From a virus (taxonomy: Duplodnaviria; Caudoviricetes), in IMG/VR virus record IMGVR_UViG_2928424016_000001, positions 1-64,000 of that record: a stretch of DNA of 64,000 nucleotides. One strand, 5' to 3'. The translations under genes and the position numbers were made by a program. Below are positions 8,712 to 16,526 of the stretch, one piece after another (position 1 is the first letter of the stretch; the number at the start of each line of letters is the position of its first letter). The notes under the pieces were generated by a model, which saw only the letters and a program-made list of their open reading frames with translations, ran no database searches and was not told the origin of the DNA.

Positions 8712-9755
8712 ATGAACAAACATGTTTTCACAAGCCCATCGCCCGGCCATTATCAGGCCTCATCGTGGGAGCGGCCCCTGCAGGCCCCGGAGGTCTCGGC
8801 AAACAAGAGCGAGGCCGATATCGCCAAATGGGGGGAACTGGTCGACCGGGTGATTGCCGTTGCCCGCCAGTATCGCTGGTCGAAGGCGGAGGTGACCCGC
8901 CGGGCCGGGATGAAGGACGCGACCTTCCATCAATGGTTTTCGGGGCGCTACGAGGGGCGTCTCGATAACCACAACGCCATCATCGAGCAATGGCTGGATG
9001 CTTTGGAGGCTGCGGCAAGCGTGGCCGCGATCATCCCGCAATCGCCTGCCTTCATGCCGCTGCGCGCCTCGACCGAGGTGGTGGAAACGCTGGCCTGGGC
9101 GCAGATCTGCCCCGATCTGGTTATGATCACGCTGGGCGCGGGCATGGGCAAGACGGCGGCCTGCGAATATTTCGCCAACACCCGCCCGCATGTCTATCAC
9201 GCCACCGTTTCGGAAAGCACCAAGACCGTGCACGGCATGCTCACCGAGCTCGCCGAACAATTGGGGGTGCAGGAGAACAATCCCGCCAGGCTGGCACGCG
9301 CCATCGGCGGCAAGGTGAAGCGTACCGGCGAAGGGACGCTGCTGATTGTCGATGAGGGCCAGCATTTGAACGACGAGGCGCTCAACCAGCTTCGCCATTT
9401 CGTCGATGTTTACAAATGCGGGGTGGCGGTGGTCGGCAACTCCGAGGTTTACAGCCGTTTTACCCGAGGCAGGCAGGGGCCTTCCTATGCCCAGCTGAAG
9501 AGCCGGATCGGCAAGCGTCTCCAGCGGGTTCAGCCCTATCCGGAGGATCTGGAGACCTATATCGCCGCCTGGGAGGTGAGCGAGCCTTCCTGCGTCAAGT
9601 TTCTGATGGGCATCGGCATGAAGGGCGGGGCCTTTCGCCAGATCGAGAAAACCGTTCGCATGGCGCGGATGGTGGCAACGGGCGAGGGGGCCGAGGTCAG
9701 CCTCAAATACCTTCAGGCCGCCTGGAAAAACCGCGATGTGGAGGACATGGCATGA
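8712..9755 (+). CDS. Mu B-type transposition AAA+ ATPase
   Basis: N-terminal HTH; GAGMGKT Walker A; LIVDEGQHL Walker B. Confidence 0.95.
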   Translation: MNKHVFTSPSPGHYQASSWERPLQAPEVSANKSEADIAKWGELVDRVIAVARQYRWSKAEVTRRAGMKDATFHQWFSGRYEGRLDNHNAIIEQWLDALEAAASVAAIIPQSPAFMPLRASTEVVETLAWAQICPDLVMITLGAGMGKTAACEYFANTRPHVYHATVSESTKTVHGMLTELAEQLGVQENNPARLARAIGGKVKRTGEGTLLIVDEGQHLNDEALNQLRHFVDVYKCGVAVVGNSEVYSRFTRGRQGPSYAQLKSRIGKRLQRVQPYPEDLETYIAAWEVSEPSCVKFLMGIGMKGGAFRQIEKTVRMARMVATGEGAEVSLKYLQAAWKNRDVEDMA

Positions 9756-10036
9756 TCAGCCTCCAGAGGGAACTTCACGCCGCCGCCAGACGCATCCGCC
9801 AGATGGGCGAGCAGCCGGTAATCGAGGAAAACGTGCTCGATCGCGAGGCCGATCTGCTCGACGGGCTCGCCAGGCTTGCCCGGAATATGGAGCAGGAACT
9901 GGCGGTGCATCGGCTGACAGAAGCCGGCAAGGCCGGGCGGCAGATTGTCGATGCCCTTGCCAGCGAGCAGTTTGCGGATCTCGCCAAGGATGCCGATGCC
10001 AAGATCATCCGCCCGGATTTTGGAGGCCGCTCATGA
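9752..10036 (+). CDS. Hypothetical early protein
   Basis: Coupled start after GAGG; homolog at 50974. Confidence 0.7.
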   Translation: MISLQRELHAAARRIRQMGEQPVIEENVLDREADLLDGLARLARNMEQELAVHRLTEAGKAGRQIVDALASEQFADLAKDADAKIIRPDFGGRS

Positions 10037-10362
10037 ACTGCGCTCCTCTTCCTTCCGATCTGATCAACGCCATTTGCCAGCGGCTGCGTGAGTTCGAGCA
10101 GACCGGCCTGCAACTGGCTCCCGCCCATGTCTCCCGGCTTTTGACCAATCTCCGGACCGTTCGCGAACTGTCGCGGGAGATGGAAGACGATATCCGCATC
10201 CTGGAGCGTCGCCTTCAGGAGGCCGGTGCGCAGGGCACGGGCGGGCGCAAGCCGGGGCCGGTCATCGATATCTCTGCTGGAAATGTGGTCCGCTTTCCGA
10301 CCCGCATGCGCGCCGTCACGCCCCATGACAGCGGACCTTATGACGGTGGAGACGCGGCATGA
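10033..10362 (+). CDS. Hypothetical early protein
   Basis: Coupled start after GGAGG; homolog at 51276. Confidence 0.7.
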   Translation: MNCAPLPSDLINAICQRLREFEQTGLQLAPAHVSRLLTNLRTVRELSREMEDDIRILERRLQEAGAQGTGGRKPGPVIDISAGNVVRFPTRMRAVTPHDSGPYDGGDAA

Positions 10363-10640
10363 AAAAGCTCGTCGTTCCCGTGGAGATCCCGGTCGATCAA
10401 CTGGCCGATGCCGTCGGTCCGCTGGTGATCAGGGCTCTGCGGGCGGCGGAACGCGAGGAAGAGGCGGCCGCTCTGCACCGCCCTCCCATGCAGGCTTTGA
10501 CGCAAGCAGCCCGCGCGCTTTGGCACGCGCTGAACAGGTACGAAACCAGCCAGGGAACGCGGGATGAAAAGCGTGCGCTGAACGCGCTCCTGGCCGCCTC
10601 GAAAGGCGTTCGAAACGCCATCAGAACCATCAAGGATTAG
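10359..10640 (+). CDS. Hypothetical early protein
   Basis: Near-identical copy at 51581. Confidence 0.75.
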   Translation: MKKLVVPVEIPVDQLADAVGPLVIRALRAAEREEEAAALHRPPMQALTQAARALWHALNRYETSQGTRDEKRALNALLAASKGVRNAIRTIKD

Positions 10641-10644
10641 CGAC

Positions 10645-11298
10645 ATGGAAGCCATCATTCTCGAAGAGCCCCGCAGCGACGGGATCACCTTCATCAACGG
10701 CCGTCCCTTTATGGAGGATGCGAAGGGCAATCTTCTGCCGACCGCCAATATCAAGCCGGAAGACAAATTGCAGGATGAAACCGTCCGCAAGATCATGAAA
10801 TACGCCATGGAGCTTTCGGCGCAGGTCGCTCGGTTTCGCGGTCATACCGTTGCCGATCTCGGCGCATTCGATGCGCTGCTCGCCCAGGAATACGGGGCAA
10901 AGATCGGCGGCCAGAAGGGCAACCGTACCTATCAGACCGTCGACGGCAAGATGAAGGTGGTGGTGCAGGTCTCAGACCAGATCAGCTTCGGGCCGCAATT
11001 GCAGATCGCCAAGGGGCTGATCGACGAATGCCTGACGGAATGGTCGGCGGAAAGCCGCCCGGAGATCCAGGCCATCGTCACCCGCGCCTTCAACACCGAC
11101 AAGGAAGGCCAGATCAACAAGTCCGAACTGTTCATGCTGCTGCGCCTCGACATTGCGGACGAGCGCTGGAAGCGGGCGATGGAGGCGATCCGCAATTCGA
11201 TCACCGTCACGGGCTCCAAGGAATATGTGCGCTTCTACACCCGCCAGAGCGCTGCCGATGCCTGGCAGGCCGTGACCATCGATATGGCAAAGGCGTGA
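10645..11298 (+). CDS. DUF3164-family Mu-like phage protein
   Basis: GGxKGNxT, FGPQLQIAK, GSKEYVRFY motifs; near-identical copy at 51868. Confidence 0.85.
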   Translation: MEAIILEEPRSDGITFINGRPFMEDAKGNLLPTANIKPEDKLQDETVRKIMKYAMELSAQVARFRGHTVADLGAFDALLAQEYGAKIGGQKGNRTYQTVDGKMKVVVQVSDQISFGPQLQIAKGLIDECLTEWSAESRPEIQAIVTRAFNTDKEGQINKSELFMLLRLDIADERWKRAMEAIRNSITVTGSKEYVRFYTRQSAADAWQAVTIDMAKA

Positions 11299-11309
11299 GG
11301 AGAAGCGCG

Positions 11310-11546
11310 ATGACCGATCTTTACGCCATGCTGAAAACAAGGAAGGCCTGCCCCGTCTGCGGGCAGGCCGCCATGCCGGTCAACGCCCGGCAGGAGCAGA
11401 TGAAGTTGGTACGCTACGAATGCGGCGCGGCCTTCGGGGTGAGCAGCATTCTCAATGTGATCGACGCCAATCAGCCTTGCCCGATGCCGTCGCAGGCGGC
11501 AGCCGGGCAGATGATGGTCGAAGCGGATCTGGTGGGGTTGGTATGA
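11310..11546 (+). CDS. Small Cys-rich (CPxCG) protein
   Basis: CPVCG...YECG...CP; homolog at 52817. Confidence 0.65.
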   Translation: MTDLYAMLKTRKACPVCGQAAMPVNARQEQMKLVRYECGAAFGVSSILNVIDANQPCPMPSQAAAGQMMVEADLVGLV

Positions 11547-11605
11547 GCTTGGTTTTGAACCCGTCCTCGTTTGGGATCCTTGTTCTCAGATATCCGATAC
11601 GATGC

Positions 11606-12373
11606 TCAAGAACCGATCTCGATCGAGTAGGTTTCACCCAACTTTTTCAGTCCATCAATCAGTTCGTCCAGCGCTTGATAAGATGCGCATATTGTGGCTG
11701 GATAAACTGTAATCTCAAATTCTTTGTCGGCCATTGCATTTCCCCGTCGAATTATTTCGCTGGGATTACAATCTCGTATTGCCTTTGCGGAATTATACAA
11801 CGTTCCCACTTGATCTTGAACTGCGGTCATTTTTGTCGCTACATTTGCATCAAAAAGATCTATTACATTTTCCCATTCTGTGGCGTCATGCAAAACCATA
11901 TTTGCTGTTTCAAAGCATATGTGTACTTCCCTTCGATAATCGTTCAACTTCGCGGCAAGGGAAGAATTTTTCTTGATAAGGCGCTCATATATGTCCTTCA
12001 ATTGCTCACTACTCCCACGATACAATCTCAACGCAGGTATAAGTCGACGTTCGAGTTTCAGCTTGTCAGGTCTCATTTGGAGCTGAATTTGATCGCGATG
12101 GCGTTGCTCAGCCAGGCGATCCGTTTCCTGCATTTGCCTTACAGTGAAATAGGCTGCAGCAACGGCCAATACGCCGGTAATCAGTGTTTGAAAGTCATAA
12201 ATATAATTTCTTATGCAGCTCTGATCTGCTGTTTCTGGTTTCGATGTCCATCTCCCACAAACTAATTCATGAGTTTCGTGGTAGTTCAGAAGCACAGTTG
12301 CGATTATCGCTGTGAAAATTGCGCCCGCGATTGCAGTCCACGGAAACTGCTGTTCTGGATCATTCTTCCTCAT
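11606..12373 (-). CDS. Accessory (moron) membrane-anchored protein
   Basis: Low-GC, opposite strand, two N-terminal hydrophobic segments. Confidence 0.75.
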   Translation of the reverse strand: MRKNDPEQQFPWTAIAGAIFTAIIATVLLNYHETHELVCGRWTSKPETADQSCIRNYIYDFQTLITGVLAVAAAYFTVRQMQETDRLAEQRHRDQIQLQMRPDKLKLERRLIPALRLYRGSSEQLKDIYERLIKKNSSLAAKLNDYRREVHICFETANMVLHDATEWENVIDLFDANVATKMTAVQDQVGTLYNSAKAIRDCNPSEIIRRGNAMADKEFEITVYPATICASYQALDELIDGLKKLGETYSIEIGS

Positions 12374-12438
12374 GCGTCCCCCGGCCAGCGTTCTAACGAG
12401 TCACCACTTGCAACTTTTAGAAGTGTGGAGGTTAACAT

Positions 12439-13086
12439 ATGACCTCCTCCATTGCCGCCATTCATGTCGCCAAGAAGCAACTCGGCCTGGACGAGGACAC
12501 CTACCGCGCCAAGCTCGAAAAGATTACCGGCAAGGCTTCGGTCAAGCTGATGACCGAGGCCGAGCGCCAGGCAGTGCTAACGGTGTTTCGCAAGGAGGGC
12601 TTTGGCCCGGCCGGGACGTCCAGGCGCAAGCCGCTTGCGGGCCGGTATGCGAAAAAGCTTCAGGCCTTGTGGATTGCGGGATGGAACCTCGGCGTTGTCG
12701 CGAACCGGGACGATCAAGCGCTGATTACCTTCGTCACCCGCCAGACTGGCCTCGACCACGTCCGCTTTCTGCACCATGCCGACGATGCCCGCTCGGCCAT
12801 CGAAGGCCTGAAGCGCTGGCTGGCGCGCGAGGCTGGCGTCGGCTTCGGCAACACCAATGGCTATGAGTGGCTGTCGAGCGACGGGGCGAAGATTGCCTGG
12901 GCGCAGTGGAAGCTCCTTTATCCCGGCTGCAGCCTGATCGTCCGTCAGGGTTTTGACCAGGAGGTGTTGGCGCTTGCTGGTGGCGAGGTCCGGTGGATCG
13001 GCGATCTGAAGGCCGGGCACTGGCAGACGGTGATGAACGCGCTCGGCCAGCGCATCCGGGACCGGGGAGGGGCGGGACATGGCTGA
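12439..13086 (+). CDS. gemA: GemA / Mu gp16-like (DUF1018) protein
   Basis: IHVAKKQLGLDEDTYR and IEGLKRW motifs. Confidence 0.88.
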   Translation: MTSSIAAIHVAKKQLGLDEDTYRAKLEKITGKASVKLMTEAERQAVLTVFRKEGFGPAGTSRRKPLAGRYAKKLQALWIAGWNLGVVANRDDQALITFVTRQTGLDHVRFLHHADDARSAIEGLKRWLAREAGVGFGNTNGYEWLSSDGAKIAWAQWKLLYPGCSLIVRQGFDQEVLALAGGEVRWIGDLKAGHWQTVMNALGQRIRDRGGAGHG

Positions 13087-13438
13087 AATCCGCGTGCCTG
13101 CCCATATCCAGACCTATGTCACGGCCATCGGCATCGAGAAGACCGTGCAGTTCCTGCTGGCCTTTGGTGGCTCCTATGTCTACCTCTCGGAAAATCCGCA
13201 GGATCGCTCGCCCGTCGCGCTTGCCATCGGTGCGGCTGCCGCCAGAAAACTGGCCCAGCAGATCGGAGCAGGCGGGTTTCGCTGCCCGACCGGCAAGCCC
13301 TTTATCGCCGCACATTTAAAGTATAATAAGGGCTTCACCATCAACGCCATTGCGCGCCAGCTTCATACGACCGATGTCACGGTCCGCGCCTGGCTGAAAG
13401 CCGGCGAAAGCACCCAGCTCGACCTTTTCGGCACCTGA
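13079..13438 (+). CDS. Mor/C-like late transcription activator
   Basis: FLLAFGGSYVYL N-terminal motif; C-terminal HTH IARQLHTTDVTVRAWL; sits just before the lysis genes. Confidence 0.75.
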   Translation: MAEIRVPAHIQTYVTAIGIEKTVQFLLAFGGSYVYLSENPQDRSPVALAIGAAAARKLAQQIGAGGFRCPTGKPFIAAHLKYNKGFTINAIARQLHTTDVTVRAWLKAGESTQLDLFGT

Positions 13439-13440
13439 CC

Positions 13441-13485
13441 CGCAAACCCTTGTGGCTGTTTTGGTGCGCCCATAACGCGCACAGT
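13441..13485 (+). promoter_or_regulatory. Late promoter (lysis operon), prophage 1
   Basis: CGCAAACCCTTGTGGCTGTTTT-N17-CACAGT; geometry repeated five times in the window. Confidence 0.75.
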
Positions 13486-13537
13486 CGCTCCCAGCAAAGC
13501 CGGTTTTGCCCGGCGTTTTCTCAAGCTGGGACCGATC

Positions 13538-14044
13538 ATGACCAACTGGCCGCAACAGTCTGCCGCTGCCGATTTCTACGGCGCAAATCTCAAAATCACC
13601 AAGGGTGTCGCCGGACCTGATCCGGCCTGGGAAAAGGCAAACCTCGTGCTGGTGCCGATCCCGTGGAAGGCGGTTGCCGCCTGGGATGCCTCGCTTACCA
13701 TCAAATCCTTCCGCGTTCATGCCAAGGTGGCCGAGAGCCTCGGTCGGGTTCTCGGCACTGTCTGGGAGGGTCTCGGACGCTCGCAAAAGGCCGCCGAGGC
13801 AAAGAACCTGCAGCTGATCGGCGGCGGCTATAACTGGCGGCAGATGCGCGGCAAGCCCGCCCTTTCCATGCATGCCTATGGCTGCGCCGTCGATATCGAC
13901 CCGGCCCATAACGGTCTCGGCGATCCCACACCCGACATGGACAGCTGCGTCGTCGCCGCTTTCGAGGCCGAAGGCTGGATCTGGGGCGGCCGCTGGTCGC
14001 CGCAGCGCCGCGACGGCATGCATTTCCAGGCGGCAATCGTATGA
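13538..14044 (+). CDS. Endolysin, M15-family peptidase
   Basis: SMHAYGCAVDID and WGGRW...DGMHFQ zinc-peptidase motifs. Confidence 0.9.
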   Translation: MTNWPQQSAAADFYGANLKITKGVAGPDPAWEKANLVLVPIPWKAVAAWDASLTIKSFRVHAKVAESLGRVLGTVWEGLGRSQKAAEAKNLQLIGGGYNWRQMRGKPALSMHAYGCAVDIDPAHNGLGDPTPDMDSCVVAAFEAEGWIWGGRWSPQRRDGMHFQAAIV

Positions 14045-14217
14045 AGATCAGCCTCAAACGGAAGATCGCTATGACGGCGGTGCTGGCCGGGATCTATCTC
14101 GGTGTCTCTATCGTCTCGGGCTTCATCGTCGGTAACGGCCTGCTGCATGTCGTGGCGGGGGCGCTTCTGGCCATCCCCTTCGGCTGGCTGATCCGCGAGA
14201 CCTGGAGCGACGACTGA
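14041..14217 (+). CDS. Small two-TM protein (holin/antiholin-like); not in the ORF track
   Basis: 58 aa MKISLKRKIAM...RETWSDD; same length and position at 56523-56699. Confidence 0.65.
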   Translation: MKISLKRKIAMTAVLAGIYLGVSIVSGFIVGNGLLHVVAGALLAIPFGWLIRETWSDD

Positions 14218-14489
14218 TGCAAAAGCCGTCCTACACCACCTCGAAACAATGGCTCTGGTGCTCCGGCGCTCTCGCCTGGGCGGTGATCCTGGCGCTGACG
14301 CTGTCTGCCTGCCTTGGCTCGACCCAGGCGGTTGCCTTCGGCACCATTGCCGTGCCGAGCATGGTCGGGCTGATCGTGGCGCTGCTCGGCGTGCACCGCG
14401 CTTTCGGTTCTCTGGACATGCGGGCGATGACACGCGGCCCGAAGCCCGATCCGCCTTGCATTGATCCTCCCGCCGGAGGTCAGTCATGA
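14217..14489 (+). CDS. Holin-like two-TM protein
   Basis: Two hydrophobic helices; near-identical copy in prophage 2. Confidence 0.65.
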   Translation: MQKPSYTTSKQWLWCSGALAWAVILALTLSACLGSTQAVAFGTIAVPSMVGLIVALLGVHRAFGSLDMRAMTRGPKPDPPCIDPPAGGQS

Positions 14490-14839
14490 GCCGTTATCTC
14501 GTCATCGGCCTCGGCATTCTTGCGATTACCGCCGCTATCGTCTGGGGCGCGGTGGCTGCGATCGGCAAGGTCGAGCATCTGGTGGATCAGGCCGCCGCCC
14601 TGGCCCGCAGCGAGCGCGACGCCCATTGGCGGGCGGAGATCGAGGCATCGAACGCCGCCACGCAAAAGCAGATTGCCGAAACCCTCAAGCAAACCATGGC
14701 CGCCGAGGACGCGGCCCGCGATCAGATCGAGGCCGCCAATCAGCGCGCCGATGCCCTGGAGAAGAAGAATGCGTCTCTGCCGGATGATGGCACTGGTGGC
14801 ATTGGCCGCGCTCGCGTCCGGCTGCTCAACGCGCGGTGA
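14486..14839 (+). CDS. Rz-like inner-membrane spanin
   Basis: N-terminal TM followed by coiled coil. Confidence 0.75.
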   Translation: MSRYLVIGLGILAITAAIVWGAVAAIGKVEHLVDQAAALARSERDAHWRAEIEASNAATQKQIAETLKQTMAAEDAARDQIEAANQRADALEKKNASLPDDGTGGIGRARVRLLNAR

Positions 14840-15041
14840 GGGGCCGGTGATCAGGACCGCCTTTATCGAGCGCGAGGTTCCCGCCTTAGCGAAGATCAGA
14901 TGTGCCGACCCCGTGCCCCTGCCGGACCGGACGCTTTCCGAGGCCGAGGCCACCCGCTTCTGGGGATCGGACCGCACGGCGCTTCGCACCTGCGAGGCCC
15001 GCCGGGCCGCTGCCGTTTCGGGGATGGCGCATGTTCAGTAA
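14784..15041 (+). CDS. Rz1-like outer-membrane lipoprotein spanin
   Basis: Lipobox ALASGC, Pro-rich; overlaps the i-spanin 3' end. Confidence 0.75.
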   Translation: MMALVALAALASGCSTRGEGPVIRTAFIEREVPALAKIRCADPVPLPDRTLSEAEATRFWGSDRTALRTCEARRAAAVSGMAHVQ

Positions 15042-15249
15042 CGTCCATTTCGAACTGGCCGAGGAGCGGGTGGAGCGGGAGCGCGACGCCAAGGTCGCCG
15101 CTGCCCGTGCCGCGCTGAAAAAGCTCGGGGAGATGCAATGTCTCGATTGCGGACTGGCCATCGCCCCGGAGCGGCGGCTTGCCTATCCGGCGGCCAGCCG
15201 TTGCCTTGATTGCCAGATCCATGTCGAGCGGGAGGCGATAGGCCGATGA
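15031..15249 (+). CDS. TraR/DksA C4-type zinc-finger protein
   Basis: CLDCG...ERRLAYPAASRCLDCQ. Confidence 0.85.
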   Translation: MFSNVHFELAEERVERERDAKVAAARAALKKLGEMQCLDCGLAIAPERRLAYPAASRCLDCQIHVEREAIGR

Positions 15250-15629
15250 TCCTCGATATGACCGCCATCGGCGTCCTGATCTCGCTGGCTCTCAACAGCA
15301 TCAACCTGCTCACGCAGTTTCGCACCATGCTGTCGACCGGCGAGAAGAAGCTCGAAGAGCGGATGGTGAAAGTGGAAGCGAAGCTCGTCGAATACGACCG
15401 GCGCATCCAGTCGCTCGAAAGCGAGCTCAAGCATCTGCCCGATCGCGGCACCACCCACCGTCTGGAACTGTCCATGGCGGAAATCGCCGGGCGTCTCAAC
15501 ACCATCGAAGTCGCCCAGGCAGGGCGATTTTCCGCCATGGAGCAGAAGCTCGCCCCCATCCAGGCCATGGGTGAGCGGCTGAACGAAGTCCTTTTGGAGC
15601 AAGCGAAAAATGAACAGCATCGCAGTTGA
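15246..15629 (+). CDS. DUF2730-like membrane protein
   Basis: N-terminal TM, coiled coil, LKHLPD motif. Confidence 0.7.
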   Translation: MILDMTAIGVLISLALNSINLLTQFRTMLSTGEKKLEERMVKVEAKLVEYDRRIQSLESELKHLPDRGTTHRLELSMAEIAGRLNTIEVAQAGRFSAMEQKLAPIQAMGERLNEVLLEQAKNEQHRS

Positions 15630-15927
15630 TTACGAGAAACTGACCAGGGAGAAGGCGCGCCTCGTCATCCTTCAGGAACTGGCCAAGCAGCCGAGCGAAA
15701 GCCTGTCGTCTGCCTTGCTGTCACCGGCGCTGCGCCTCAACGCGATCTATCAGGATCGGCCCTGGCTCAACCAGCAGATCGAATATCTGCGCAATCTCGG
15801 TGCGCTCACCGTGATCGACATCGATGACGAGATCAAACTTGCCACGCTCTCCGATTACGGCAAGCGGCATCTCGACCGGGAAATCACCATTGAGGGCGTT
15901 GCCCGCCCGCGCCGTCCGGGGATCTGA
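15610..15927 (+). CDS. Winged-helix phage protein (Mu gp26-like position)
   Basis: RLVILQELA motif; position before the small terminase. Confidence 0.7.
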   Translation: MNSIAVDYEKLTREKARLVILQELAKQPSESLSSALLSPALRLNAIYQDRPWLNQQIEYLRNLGALTVIDIDDEIKLATLSDYGKRHLDREITIEGVARPRRPGI

Positions 15928-15929
15928 CC

Positions 15930-16526
15930 ATGGGACGCGGGCGGCTGAGCGGCATTGAACTGTTGCCGGAGGAATGCGGACCGATCGTCGCCTGGGCGGC
16001 CGAGGCCTTGCAGGACCGCGACCGGACCCAGACCGATATCTATCAGGAATTCGTCTCCAGGCTTCAGGCGCTCGAACAGGAATATCGCGGCGAGCTGGAA
16101 ATCCGTATTCCTTCCTTCAGCGCCTTCAACCGCTATTCCGTACGGCTGGCGGAGATGACACGGCGGCTGAACGAGACCCGCGATATCGCCACTGCCATTG
16201 CCGGAAAGTTCGATGCGCAGGCAAGCGACGACCTGACCCTGATCGCGGCGGAAGCGATCAAGACACTGATCTTCGAACTTCTGACCGGCAAGGGTGAAGC
16301 CGGGATCGATCCGAAAGGTGCCATGGCGCTTGCCAATGCGCTGCGCGCCTCCGCCCAGGCGCAATCGGTTTCCTCCGAGCGCCGCCGCAAGGTCGAGGCC
16401 GATTTCAAGCAGAAGGCGGAAAAGGTGTTTGCCACGGTGTCCACCCAGATGGACGCCCAAGGCAAGCCCGACGGGCAGGAGGTGCTGCGCAAGATCCGCG
16501 AAGATATTTACGGGATCTTCGAATGA
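15930..16526 (+). CDS. Terminase small subunit, DUF3486 / Mu gp27-like
   Basis: MGRGRLSGIELLP start, SAFNRY motif; directly upstream of TerL. Confidence 0.8.
   Translation: MGRGRLSGIELLPEECGPIVAWAAEALQDRDRTQTDIYQEFVSRLQALEQEYRGELEIRIPSFSAFNRYSVRLAEMTRRLNETRDIATAIAGKFDAQASDDLTLIAAEAIKTLIFELLTGKGEAGIDPKGAMALANALRASAQAQSVSSERRRKVEADFKQKAEKVFATVSTQMDAQGKPDGQEVLRKIREDIYGIFE

Noticed and set aside
11420-12265. + strand ORFs over the morons (also 53939-54685)
   Set aside because: Cys/aromatic-rich nonsense composition; the minus-strand ORFs have TM signals and are more plausible.
15031-15249. TraR/DksA zinc finger as a novel transcription-hijack gene
   Set aside because: Common in phage lysis and late cassettes and lacks an obvious DksA acidic coiled-coil tip; listed as a feature only.
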